Shown: positions 43,978-52,768 of the stretch, piece after piece
Layout: each line of letters starts with the position of its first letter
Numbering within the stretch: position 1 is the stretch's first letter
Assembly: GCA_028876065.1 (NCBI GenBank)
Contig: JAGWTI010000004.1
Coordinates: 3,547 to 67,546 of the forward strand
DNA from: Nitrospirota bacterium
GTDB lineage: Bacteria > Nitrospirota > Nitrospiria > Nitrospirales > Nitrospiraceae
Length of the DNA stretch: 64,000 nt
Direction of reading: 5' to 3'
Translations under genes and position numbers: made by a program
The notes under the pieces: model-generated
Databases searched by the model: none
Told to the model about the DNA's origin: nothing
Seen by the model: the letters and a program-made list of their open reading frames with translations, nothing else

Positions 43978-44544
43978 ATGGGCAAGCGGACGAGAGTCAT
44001 GGCAGGAGCCATCGCCACGCTTCTGTTCATGGGGGTGCTGATTCCGGCGAGCCGGGCCGGCCGGCTGGACGTGGAGTCCAAAGAGCAAGTGGTCCGATAT
44101 CTGCTGGCGACGGTCAGGGCCTTTCGCACGGTGTACGTGAAGGATATCGAGGAGCACGTCAGGAAGGGGGGCGTCTACCCCAAGGAACAGTGGGCGCAGG
44201 ATGCGCATGCCATCATGTTGCCCTTTCAGTTCGTGAAGCTGGCGGCGGCCGAACTCAAGGGCGCGGCCAAAGATGTGGAGGTGGGGGTGATCTCGCTGAC
44301 GCCGATCTATGCGTCCAACTTCCCTCAAACCGAGGCCGAAGTCGCGGCGCTCAAAGCCATGATGGAGCACCCTGCGCAGACGCTGGTGACGTTTACGGAC
44401 GGCGCGCAATTCAAGGGGCTCGCCGCGGACTTTGCCATCGAGCAGGCGTGCGCCGATTGCCATAATCGGCATCCCACCAGCACGAAGCGGGACTTTAAAC
44501 AGGGGGATTTGATGGGGGCGGTCGTCGTGCGGCTCAAAAAATGA
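43978..44544 (+). CDS. Tll0287-like (DUF3365) periplasmic c-type heme sensor-domain protein (188 aa)
   Basis: ATG at 43978 with a GGAGGAGG SD. It has a signal peptide and a single CxxCH motif ('QACADCHNRHP') near the C-terminus, as in the Tll0287-like family. Confidence 0.7.
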   Translation: MGKRTRVMAGAIATLLFMGVLIPASRAGRLDVESKEQVVRYLLATVRAFRTVYVKDIEEHVRKGGVYPKEQWAQDAHAIMLPFQFVKLAAAELKGAAKDVEVGVISLTPIYASNFPQTEAEVAALKAMMEHPAQTLVTFTDGAQFKGLAADFAIEQACADCHNRHPTSTKRDFKQGDLMGAVVVRLKK

Positions 44545-44566
44545 ACCGGCGGCGACGGGCGCGACG

Positions 44567-45955
44567 CTACTCCTCGTGAATCTTTTTCAGGCGGCGGTCC
44601 AAGGCGAATCGGGTCAGGCCGAGATGCTTGGCGGCCAGGCTCTTGTTGTGGCCGGCCAGGCGCAAGACCTCTTGGATGATGGCGTCGTCCACATCGGCGA
44701 GGGACAGCTTGCCCAAGGGCATATCGATTCTGACCACTTGCTCGTCGCCTTTGGTCACCATGACCGTCACCGGCGCGGCCGTCTCGCGCAGTTCATGGGG
44801 CAGGCATCCGGCCGTCAGGGTGGCGCCGTGGCAGAAGATCGTCGCGCGTTCGATGATGTTCTGCAACTCCCGGATGTTGCCGGGGTAGGCATACCGTTCG
44901 AGCATGGCCCTGGCATCCGGCTCGATGTCCAAGACCTCTTTGCCGAATTCTTTGCCGTATAGGACAAGCGCGCGCAGGCAGAGGGGAATGATATCCTCGG
45001 GGCGCTTGCGCAAGGGGGGAAGCTCGAACAGCACGACGTTGAGGCGGAAGAAAAGATCTTCGCGGAACGTGCCGCGGGCGACTTCCTTCTTGAGGTCTCG
45101 GTTGGTGGCGGCGATCAGCCGGAAGTCCACCGCAATGTCGTCCGTGCCGCCCAGCCGCCTGAACGAACGTTCCTGCAGGACCCGCAGCAGTTTGGCCTGC
45201 ATGGCTTGGTCCAGGTCTCCGATCTCGTCCAGAAACATGGTGCCGCCTTCGGCCCGTTCCAGGAGCCCGAGCTTTCGCTGCCCGGCTCCGGTGAAGGCGC
45301 CCCGCTCGTAGCCGAACAGTTCGCTTTCGAACAGGTCCCGTGGAATGGCCGTGCAATTGACCCCGATGAACGGGCCGGCCGCGCGGCTGCCGTTGTGATG
45401 CAGGACCCGGGCGATGAATTCTTTGCCCGTGCCGGTCTCGCCCTGCAGCAGAACCGAGGCTTTCGAATTTTGCACCACGTCGCGCAGTTGCGCCACGAGT
45501 TGCTGCATGGCCGGGCTCTCGGCCACCAGATTATCCAGGGTGTACCGGCTGCCTTCATGCTCCATCTCGTACAGGACGCGATGGCGCAAGGTGAGCAATT
45601 CCAGCGCGCGCCCGGCCACTTGGTCCACCCCTTCCAGGTCCACCGTCTTGATCAGAAAGTCGTAGGCGCCGAGCTTCATGGCTTCCACCGCATCCTGCAC
45701 GGTCCCAAAGGCCGTCAGGATGACGACCAGGGCATGCGGAACTTTCTGGCGGAGCGCCTTGAGGGTTTCAATGCCGCTCAGGCCCGGCATCTTCAGGTCG
45801 AGCAGGACCAGATCGGGCGTGCCGGTGTCGAGCGAGTTCAGGAGCGCCTCGCCCGACTCGAACGTGCGGACCTGGTGCTGCTGGCGGCTCAGCCGTTTGC
45901 CGATGGCCGTGCGAATGGCGGGCTCGTCGTCGGTCACGTAAATGGTCGCGCGCAT
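44567..45955 (-). CDS. Sigma-54-dependent response regulator, NtrC/Fis family (REC-AAA+-HTH, 462 aa)
   Basis: 'LVLLDLKMPG', 'GETGTGKE', 'GAFTGA' (GAFTGA loop), 'ELFGYERGAFTGA', and a C-terminal Fis-type HTH 'NKSLAAKHLGLTRFAL'. Confidence 0.95.
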   Translation of the reverse strand: MRATIYVTDDEPAIRTAIGKRLSRQQHQVRTFESGEALLNSLDTGTPDLVLLDLKMPGLSGIETLKALRQKVPHALVVILTAFGTVQDAVEAMKLGAYDFLIKTVDLEGVDQVAGRALELLTLRHRVLYEMEHEGSRYTLDNLVAESPAMQQLVAQLRDVVQNSKASVLLQGETGTGKEFIARVLHHNGSRAAGPFIGVNCTAIPRDLFESELFGYERGAFTGAGQRKLGLLERAEGGTMFLDEIGDLDQAMQAKLLRVLQERSFRRLGGTDDIAVDFRLIAATNRDLKKEVARGTFREDLFFRLNVVLFELPPLRKRPEDIIPLCLRALVLYGKEFGKEVLDIEPDARAMLERYAYPGNIRELQNIIERATIFCHGATLTAGCLPHELRETAAPVTVMVTKGDEQVVRIDMPLGKLSLADVDDAIIQEVLRLAGHNKSLAAKHLGLTRFALDRRLKKIHEE

Positions 45956-45958
45956 GAT

Positions 45959-47881
45959 TTAGCCTCCGAGCATGATCGATGGCTGCCGTAACGGGAGCCA
46001 CAGCGTGGCGGTGGTGCCCCGTCCTGGCTCGCTTTCGAGCCGGATCTCGCCTTGATGGGCGTCCACGATATTGCGACAGATGGCCAGGCCGAGTCCCGTG
46101 CCGTGATGTTTGCCGATCGTGAAAAAGGGTTCGAACACATGCAACAAATCGGCCTGCGTGATGCCGGCTCCGTTGTCGCTGAACGTCAACGTGAGGCCGG
46201 GTTCGTGGGCCCGCGTGGCCTCGAAGGCCGAAATATGCAGTCTGCCGCCCTCGTTCAGGGCCTCGATGGCGTTCTGGATCACGTTGAGCAGGACCTGTTT
46301 GAGCTGATCCCGGTCTGCCTGGATCGGGGGGAGATGCGGGGGGAGGCGCTGCTCGACGTCGACCTGTTTCTTGGACAGAGGGGCCTCCAGCAGGGTCAGC
46401 GTCTCGTGGATCAATTCCTCCATCGAAAACAGGAGGGGTGCCAGGGGCCGGGGGCGGGCATAGTCGATGATCTGGTTGACGATCCGGTCGAGCCGCCGGG
46501 TTTCCTTGAGAATGGTCTCGAACTCGGGGCGGCGGGGATCCGACGGATCGGCTTCCTCCAGCAGCAGGGAGGCCGTCGATCCGATGCCCACCAAAGGATT
46601 GCGGATCTCGTGGGCGATGCCGGCCGCCATCTGGCCCAAGGTCGCCAGGCGCTCGGCGCGGCTGAGCCGCGCCTGCATCTGGTCCAACGCGGTGATATCG
46701 ATATTGAATCCCTGGTACATGATGGTCCGGCCTGCGTCGTCCTTGATCGGGATTCTCCGGCTCAGGACTTTTTTCACCGTCCCATCTTTGTGCAGGAACC
46801 GAAAGACCGTCTCGTACGGGCGGTCGTCCTTGACCGCCTGGGCGTATTCGGACAGGACGCGCTCCCGATCTTCCGGGTGAAAGGATTGCCGGATGGCTTC
46901 CGGGTCGCCTTCCTCGTCCGGATTCAAGCCCGCGAGCAGGCGATTGTAGCGGTTGGAATAGACCATCGCCATGCCTTCCGTTCTGAAAATCCCGAACGGA
47001 GCGTGATCCACGATACTCCGGTACTTGGCTTCCGAATCCGCCAGGTCCCGGTTGACCGTCCGGAGTTCGGCTTCCGATCGTTCCACGCGCGCGATGTGGT
47101 CGCGGACTTGCGCGCCCATCGCGCTCATCACGTCGGTCAGCGCGCCGATTTCATCGCGGCGCTCCAGGATCGGCACGTCCGGGACGTCCCCTCCGGTCGC
47201 CGCCCCCATGGTCTTGGCCAGGCTGACGAGGGGAGCCGTGATCGATTGGGCGATGAGATGGAGCGTGACCATCATGAGCGCCAGCGCGAGGATGCCGCCG
47301 CCGAGGATCACGGACACCATGAGCGACCGGTCCCGTGAGAGTTTGGCGAGCGCGTCGTTCAGCGCCTGGGCTTCAAGGCGGTCGAAGCGGGCCATGTGTT
47401 CCCGGATCATGTCCATCCGGCCGCGGCCTTCCTCGACGTAGCGCAGCGCCTTGGGGAGATTGCCCGATTTAATGGCCTCGATCAGCTGATTTTTCTCGGC
47501 GATATGCCGCTTGAGCAGCTGCTGGACTTGCAGGATCGCATGATGCTGGGCTTCCCGTCCGCTGACCATCATGGCCAGGGAATCCCCGATGAGCAGGACG
47601 TGAATCTCGGCTTGCCGAAAAGGGTCCAGGAAGCGTTCCTGCTGCGTCAACACATAGCCCCGGAATCCGACTTGCAAATCCAAGGCGAGTTGCATGTATT
47701 CGGCCGCCTGGCGTTGCGCGAGATAGATGTTGTTGAGCTGCTCCTCGTCTTCCGAAAAGGTTTGCACGCTTCGGTAGGTCACCAGGCTCAGCACAATCAC
47801 CGCCAGCATCGGAACGACCGAAGCCAGGAACAGCTTGCGTTCGATGGGCAGATTGCTGAGCCACTTCACCGTATGGGGCAT
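45959..47881 (-). CDS. Sensor histidine kinase, CHASE3-HAMP-PAS-HisKA-HATPase (640 aa)
   Basis: ATG at 47881..47879. 'AGIAHEIRNPL', 'GTGLGLAICR'. It sits 3 nt upstream of the NtrC-type regulator. The ORF-track extension to 49123 is rejected. Confidence 0.9.
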   Translation of the reverse strand: MPHTVKWLSNLPIERKLFLASVVPMLAVIVLSLVTYRSVQTFSEDEEQLNNIYLAQRQAAEYMQLALDLQVGFRGYVLTQQERFLDPFRQAEIHVLLIGDSLAMMVSGREAQHHAILQVQQLLKRHIAEKNQLIEAIKSGNLPKALRYVEEGRGRMDMIREHMARFDRLEAQALNDALAKLSRDRSLMVSVILGGGILALALMMVTLHLIAQSITAPLVSLAKTMGAATGGDVPDVPILERRDEIGALTDVMSAMGAQVRDHIARVERSEAELRTVNRDLADSEAKYRSIVDHAPFGIFRTEGMAMVYSNRYNRLLAGLNPDEEGDPEAIRQSFHPEDRERVLSEYAQAVKDDRPYETVFRFLHKDGTVKKVLSRRIPIKDDAGRTIMYQGFNIDITALDQMQARLSRAERLATLGQMAAGIAHEIRNPLVGIGSTASLLLEEADPSDPRRPEFETILKETRRLDRIVNQIIDYARPRPLAPLLFSMEELIHETLTLLEAPLSKKQVDVEQRLPPHLPPIQADRDQLKQVLLNVIQNAIEALNEGGRLHISAFEATRAHEPGLTLTFSDNGAGITQADLLHVFEPFFTIGKHHGTGLGLAICRNIVDAHQGEIRLESEPGRGTTATLWLPLRQPSIMLGG

Positions 47882-47976
47882 GACGGCCTCTGGGTACGTG
47901 CCGGGAGCCTGTCGGTCCGGCGTCGTGGCGTCGAGGCTCCCGTGCTGGAAATCATAGCGGAATATACATGCAAAGA

Positions 47977-50900
47977 CTATGCGCGGATGGAGGAGGTGGG
48001 GAGAGATTTCTGCAGGGCCTCGAACACCCGGCTCGGGTTCGGGAGCGAGTCCCATGCGAGGACAGCGGTGGAATCTGCCACGTAGGACGGAGTTCTCATC
48101 CCATTCAACACGGTGGTGACGCCCGGAGTGGAGGCCAGCACCCAGAGGGCTTTCCGCGAGAGGGATTCGTTCCGCCTGGCTTCCGGCAGCAAGGGATCGA
48201 TGGCGGCGGCAACGGCCTCGGTCTTCTCCCGGCTCTTGGCGGTCGCCTCCCGCCGCAAGGTCTGCAAGAGCGTGAGGAATTCCGGAACATAGCGGTCCCG
48301 CCACGCCTGCCAGCGGTCCCCCGGCTCGCCGCGTAAATGTTGCGTGAGGGCGCGCAGCACTTGATTGATGTGCGGAGCGATCATCTGCTGTTCGATCTGT
48401 TCCCAATGTTCCAGGTTCTGGACGTGCGGCCGCAGTGTGGCCAGCTCTTCCGCCCAGTTGAAATAGTCGGCCGGGCTCATGCCCTGACCCGCATGGGTGA
48501 CGGACGGGGCGATCGTGCGCCGGTATTCCTCTTCCAGCTGGGCCAGGGCCTCCCGTTGCGCTTCGAAGGCCACCGTCGAGGGCTCGATCGGGAGCAAGGC
48601 CAGCCTGGTCATGCCGCCCCGCTTCGGCTGCATGGCGTTGAGCGGCCGGTTCAGCAAGACGGCGAGGCCTTCGGCCTTGGTCAGGTCGAGGACCGTCTGC
48701 CGGTTTTCCGGGCCGGTATTGGGCGTGAGCAGCGCGCCCGATTCGAACAGGTTCATCGGGCATTGCACGACGCGCAGATGGTGGTGAGGCAGCCCCAACT
48801 CCTTCGCCGCTGCCCGGGCCGCTTCCAGTATGCGGCTCAGCGAAGTGGCCTCGGGATCGTTGGGGTCCGCCGTGCAGGTATTGGAGGAGACCCCGTAGTA
48901 TTGAATGCGTCCTGTCCGGACTTGGCGTTCCAGATAGGCGAAGGCCGTCCGGAGCCGGCGGTACAACTCGTCCCGCAGCCGATCCAGGTCCTTGTCCATC
49001 CGGTGGGCCGCGTCGGAGAGGAAATATTCCACGTTGTGCAACAGCAGAACATCCAGGGTCTGCAGGCCCAGACGATCCAGCGACAGATCCAGTTGATCGG
49101 CCAAAAATTCCGGATGCAGACAATGCCAGATCCCGTCGCCGTACTTGACCATCTCCGGGTAGGGTTTGCCGGCCTGTTCGCGCGCCTCCGCCAGCTTCAG
49201 GTTCTGCCCCTGGACATAGCCGATCTTGGACACGACGATGACGTCTTCGCGGGCGAGCTCGCCCTGCGCGATCAGGTCCGCCAGCACGAGGCCGACCAGA
49301 CGCTCGCTGTCTCCGTCGGCATAGTTGGTGGAGGTGTCGATGACGTTGACCCCTTCGCGCAGGGCTTTGACGAGCGCGGCGCGATGTTCCGGTTCTTCCG
49401 TATGGGTGCGGTAGCCTCCGAAGCCGAGCTTGCTGGCGGTGAGGCCGGTGGAGCCGAAGGCGGTGTAGCCGTGCGAGAGCCCCTTGGGCGCTCCTGGTCG
49501 ATTGACCGTCCGGACGGCATAGGCGCCGGTGCCGCCCGCTGTGGCATGGCCTGGGAGACGACTGCCGGCGAGCGTGTGCTGCCCGGAGCCGGAGGGGTGT
49601 TTCGCGGCGTTGCCCCGGTCGGCCAAGGCCGTTGCCACCGCCCGTGGATCGGTGATCGGAGCTTGGCAGGCGAAATTGCGGCAGACATAAAGAGCCGCAT
49701 GGCCGCCGACCGGTTGTTTGCCCGTCAACAGCGGATGGTGGCTGGCCGGCTCTTTGGGATCGTGATGCGCGATGATGCGATTGGGCAGATAGGCACGGCT
49801 GACGGCGGTTCGGAGGGCTTCGTAGTCCGGCTCTCCGGGAGTCCCGACCAGGGCCAACTCGACCGGTCCCGCCAGCAACAGGTCCACGACGGCCAGACTT
49901 TTCGCAAATGCCCTGGGATAGCGAGCGGTCTGGCGACCATAGGCCCGGATGGCCAGGGTCGCCGCCTCGCGAAAGTCATCGCGTCCGTAGTGGAAGGAGA
50001 GGCGGGCCAGGACCGAGGCGGCCACGGCGTTGCCGCTGGGGATGGCGCCGTCCGGTCCCTCGCGGCTGCGCACGAGCAACGTTTCGTGGTTTTTGGCGGT
50101 CGTGAAAAAACCGCCTCGCTCCGAATCGGCAAAGTCGGCCAGGATCCGCCCGGCCAGGCGCACGGCTTCGTGGAGATAGCGTTCCGCCCCGCCTGCTTCG
50201 TAGAGGTCGATCAGCCCTTCCGCCAGGTATGCGTAGTCCTCAAGGTAGGCGGGCAGGTGCGCCTTCCCGGCCCGGTAGGTCCGGTAGAGGCCTCCGTCGG
50301 GGCGGGACAGGGCGGCCAGCAGAAAATCGGCGGCTCGCTCGGCGGCCGACCGGTAGCGGGGTTCTTCCAGAACCCGGGCGCCTTCCGCCATGGCGCTGAT
50401 CATCATGCCGTTCCAGGCGGTGAGGATCTTGTCGTCCAGGGCAGGGGGTACGCGCGTGCGCCTGGCCTCGTAGACGAGCGGCTTCACCCGCTCGATCGTG
50501 CGGCGCAGTTCGTCCGGCTCGACGGCCAACGCGTTCGTCACCTCGTCCAGCGGCTGCAGGCGGTTGGGGATGCTGACATGCTCCCAGTTGCCGCCGGCCG
50601 TGATGTCGTAATAGGCGCAGAAGCGCCGGGCTTCTTCCTCATCGGGGACGACGTCGCGGATCTGCTCCGGCGTCCACACGAAGAACTTGCCCTCGATCCC
50701 CTCCGAATCCGCATCGGTAGCCGAGTAGAAGCCTCCTTCCGGCGCCGTCATCTCGCGCAAGATGTAGTCCAGCGTTTCGGTCGCGATGCGGCGATATTCA
50801 GGGTCTTGCGTGATTTGCGAGGCTTCGACATAGGTGCGGGCCAGCAGGGCGTTGTCGTAGAGCATCTTCTCGAAGTGGGGCACCAGCCAGCGCTCGTCGG

Positions 50901-51681
50901 TGGAGTAGCGGGCGAAGCCGCCTCCGATCTGGTCGTACATCCCGCCGGCCGCCATGGCGTCGAGCGTTTTGCGTGCCATCTGCAACGTCTGCGGGTCGCC
51001 GGTCCGATGATGGCCGCGAAGCAACAGAGAAAGCCCGGTGGCCGGCGGAAATTTCGGCGCGCTGCCGAATCCGCCGTAGCGGGCGTCGAACTCCTCGGCG
51101 AACTGCGCGACGGCCGCCTCCAGCTCCGCCCGGCCCACGGCCATGGGGACGCCGCCCTGGAGGCTCTGTTTCAGCCGTTCGGTCAACTGGGCCGCTTGTT
51201 GCCGAAGGGCCTCCGGATCCTTTTGCCAGAACTCCGCCACCTTGTTCAGCACGGCCGGAAAGCCTGGACGGCCCCATTTGTCGGTCGGGGGAAAGTACGT
51301 GCCCGCGAAGAAGGGCTCCTGTTGAGGAGTCAGGAAGACGGTCATGGGCCAGCCGCCTTGGCCCTGGTTGAGCTGGAGGGTGGCCTGCATGTAGATCTCG
51401 TCCAGATCGGGCCGTTCCTCCCGGTCCACCTTGATGCAGATAAAGTGCGTGTTCATGAGCGTCGCGATCCGCTCGTCCTCGAAGGACTCCCGCTCCATCA
51501 CGTGGCACCAGTGACAGGCGGAATAGCCGATGGAGAGGAGGATGGGCCGGTTCAACTCGCGCGCCAGGCGCAGGGCTTCTTCGCCCCAGGGGTGCCAGTC
51601 GACGGGGTTGTGCGCATGCTGGAGGAGATAGGGGCTGGTCTCTTGGGCCAAACGATTGGCCGGTCGTGGCGCGTGCGGCAT
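47977..51681 (-). CDS. Fusion protein: thioredoxin-fold DUF255/YyaL-like module (about aa 1-685) + aldo/keto reductase module (about aa 740-1234)
   Basis: N-terminus '[22 protein letters not shown]...[14 protein letters not shown]'. The YyaL-type end is '..[15 protein letters not shown]'. It is followed by 'LGFGGYR...[20 protein letters not shown]...LLHNVE..YYGVSSN'. A single uninterrupted 1234 aa frame. Confidence 0.85.
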   Translation of the reverse strand: MPHAPRPANRLAQETSPYLLQHAHNPVDWHPWGEEALRLARELNRPILLSIGYSACHWCHVMERESFEDERIATLMNTHFICIKVDREERPDLDEIYMQATLQLNQGQGGWPMTVFLTPQQEPFFAGTYFPPTDKWGRPGFPAVLNKVAEFWQKDPEALRQQAAQLTERLKQSLQGGVPMAVGRAELEAAVAQFAEEFDARYGGFGSAPKFPPATGLSLLLRGHHRTGDPQTLQMARKTLDAMAAGGMYDQIGGGFARYSTDERWLVPHFEKMLYDNALLARTYVEASQITQDPEYRRIATETLDYILREMTAPEGGFYSATDADSEGIEGKFFVWTPEQIRDVVPDEEEARRFCAYYDITAGGNWEHVSIPNRLQPLDEVTNALAVEPDELRRTIERVKPLVYEARRTRVPPALDDKILTAWNGMMISAMAEGARVLEEPRYRSAAERAADFLLAALSRPDGGLYRTYRAGKAHLPAYLEDYAYLAEGLIDLYEAGGAERYLHEAVRLAGRILADFADSERGGFFTTAKNHETLLVRSREGPDGAIPSGNAVAASVLARLSFHYGRDDFREAATLAIRAYGRQTARYPRAFAKSLAVVDLLLAGPVELALVGTPGEPDYEALRTAVSRAYLPNRIIAHHDPKEPASHHPLLTGKQPVGGHAALYVCRNFACQAPITDPRAVATALADRGNAAKHPSGSGQHTLAGSRLPGHATAGGTGAYAVRTVNRPGAPKGLSHGYTAFGSTGLTASKLGFGGYRTHTEEPEHRAALVKALREGVNVIDTSTNYADGDSERLVGLVLADLIAQGELAREDVIVVSKIGYVQGQNLKLAEAREQAGKPYPEMVKYGDGIWHCLHPEFLADQLDLSLDRLGLQTLDVLLLHNVEYFLSDAAHRMDKDLDRLRDELYRRLRTAFAYLERQVRTGRIQYYGVSSNTCTADPNDPEATSLSRILEAARAAAKELGLPHHHLRVVQCPMNLFESGALLTPNTGPENRQTVLDLTKAEGLAVLLNRPLNAMQPKRGGMTRLALLPIEPSTVAFEAQREALAQLEEEYRRTIAPSVTHAGQGMSPADYFNWAEELATLRPHVQNLEHWEQIEQQMIAPHINQVLRALTQHLRGEPGDRWQAWRDRYVPEFLTLLQTLRREATAKSREKTEAVAAAIDPLLPEARRNESLSRKALWVLASTPGVTTVLNGMRTPSYVADSTAVLAWDSLPNPSRVFEALQKSLPTSSIRA

Positions 51682-51732
51682 AGACGCTCACCGTACCATC
51701 CGCCAACGAGGCCGGTCAACCGCCGGTCCGGG

Positions 51733-51781
51733 CTCAAAATGAAACGGCCCGTAGCCTCGGGTGAACCAGGCACGGGCCGTT
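51733..51781 (-). terminator. Rho-independent terminator downstream of the Lys/Glu-repeat peptide gene
   Basis: Perfect 10 bp stem AACGGCCCGT/ACGGGCCGTT (51743..51752 and 51772..51781), extendable by 4 bp with one bulge. On the minus strand it is followed by TTTCATTTTG. Confidence 0.6.
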
Positions 51782-51810
51782 CGATCGGCAAAGGATGGAG
51801 AGCAGAAGAA

Positions 51811-51975
51811 TTAGTGACCCTTCTTCTCTTCCTTCTTCTCAGCCTTCTTCTCTTCCTTCTTCTCGGCTTTCTTCTCAGCCTTGGCATCGGTCTTCGGGGC
51901 GTCGGCTGCGAAGGACATGCCGCTGAAGCCGGCGAGGAACATCACTGCGAGCATGGCAATCATAATCCGCTTCAT
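51811..51975 (-). CDS. Small secreted Lys/Glu-repeat peptide (54 aa precursor; mature about 31 aa)
   Basis: ATG at 51975 with an AAGGAGGTGA SD. Signal peptide 'MKRIMIAMLAVMFLAGFSGMSFA', then 'ADAPKTDAKAEKKAEKKEEKKAEKKEEKKGH'. A terminator follows. Confidence 0.55.
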   Translation of the reverse strand: MKRIMIAMLAVMFLAGFSGMSFAADAPKTDAKAEKKAEKKEEKKAEKKEEKKGH

Positions 51976-52086
51976 AGAGAGCTCACCTCCTTCCCTCTGT
52001 GAATTGCTGACTCGGATGTCGATCAAAACGGAGAATGAACCTAGACCAAAGTATCTAACATTGTCAACTACGATTTCCGAGCCCGG

Positions 52087-52581
52087 TTACCGGCTTCCGC
52101 CGAGGCTCCGTTCGTACAGCAGGACCTTCCACCCATCCTCTACGCTCAGGAACTGTCCGACGATAGGCAGCATCCCGGTGCCCGGAACTTTGCCCGACTG
52201 GCCCAGGCTGCCGTTCTTCAGCACCCACATCATTTCGCCGGGCGTCCGGACCTTGTTGAATTTGGGGTTCGTAAAATCGCGCGGCTGGATGGGGAGGACC
52301 TTGGCGGCGCCTCCGTCGCCTTTGCCTTCCGGACCATGGCATTGAAAGCAGGTACCGCGGCCCAAAAAGATGGCCTTGCCCTCGGCGAGGATCTCCGGGG
52401 TGGGGGCAAACGGCGGTTTCTCGGCCTTGGCGGCCGACAATTCCGCGGCCGGAACCCGCGGGATTTTAATGTCGAATTCGCCGCCCGCCTGTCCATAGCC
52501 GGACGGGTCGGCGGCTTGTGCGGCGGTGGAACAAACGAGCAGGCCCATACCGATGACCAGAGACCAGGACCGACGCTTCAT
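52087..52581 (-). CDS. Periplasmic mono-heme c-type cytochrome (164 aa)
   Basis: ATG at 52581 with a GGGAGGA SD. It has a signal peptide, the heme motif 'CFQCH', and a distal 'PGTGMLP' candidate Met ligand. Confidence 0.85.
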   Translation of the reverse strand: MKRRSWSLVIGMGLLVCSTAAQAADPSGYGQAGGEFDIKIPRVPAAELSAAKAEKPPFAPTPEILAEGKAIFLGRGTCFQCHGPEGKGDGGAAKVLPIQPRDFTNPKFNKVRTPGEMMWVLKNGSLGQSGKVPGTGMLPIVGQFLSVEDGWKVLLYERSLGGSR

Positions 52582-52607
52582 GATTCCTCCCTCACGGCAT
52601 GATGGTG

Positions 52608-52638
52608 CACGTGCCAGCGCATGGGTTCATGGCACGTG
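52608..52638. promoter_or_regulatory. Perfect 9 bp inverted repeat CACGTGCCA-N13-TGGCACGTG between the divergent cytochrome c and J-protein genes
   Basis: The arms at 52608..52616 and 52630..52638 are exact reverse complements, and each contains the CACGTG palindrome. The site is 27-57 nt upstream of the cytochrome c ATG. Confidence 0.35.
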
Positions 52639-52727
52639 TGGCATGTAATGGGGCGGGAGTCTAGCATAGGGGGAAATGTCGAGGCAATCGGGCGGCGGCG
52701 CGCGCCGCTTGGGGGGGCATCGGATTG

Positions 52728-52736
52728 TGCTAGAAT
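52728..52736 (+). promoter_or_regulatory. Extended -10 promoter element TGcTAGAAT for the J-domain gene
   Basis: TG at 52728..52729 and TAGAAT at 52731..52736, 33 nt upstream of the ATG at 52769. Confidence 0.3.
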
Positions 52737-52768
52737 GCGCCACGTCGGTTCAAACAGGCAGAGGCTCC

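Noticed and set aside
47882-49123. N-terminal extensions offered by the ORF track for the CHASE3 kinase (to 49123), czcB (to 22102), pstB (to 7772) and the hybrid kinase (to 15991)
   Set aside because: The extensions overlap the upstream genes in another frame and are low-complexity. In each case an internal ATG gives a canonical N-terminus (TM helix, lipobox, or an ATGA overlap with the preceding stop).
51821-51880. Near-tandem cttcttctc/ttccttcttctc DNA repeats, considered as a possible repeat array
   Set aside because: They are the coding sequence (reverse strand) of the (A/E)EKK repeats of the small secreted peptide. They are not a CRISPR or a non-coding satellite.
48337-52002. 1221 aa ORF on the + strand (the longest in the track) opposite the YyaL-AKR gene
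   Set aside because: It lies antisense to a gene with unmistakable conserved motifs. Its translation is Arg/Gly/Pro/Ala-rich low complexity, typical of shadow frames in high-GC DNA. It has no SD and no recognisable domain.
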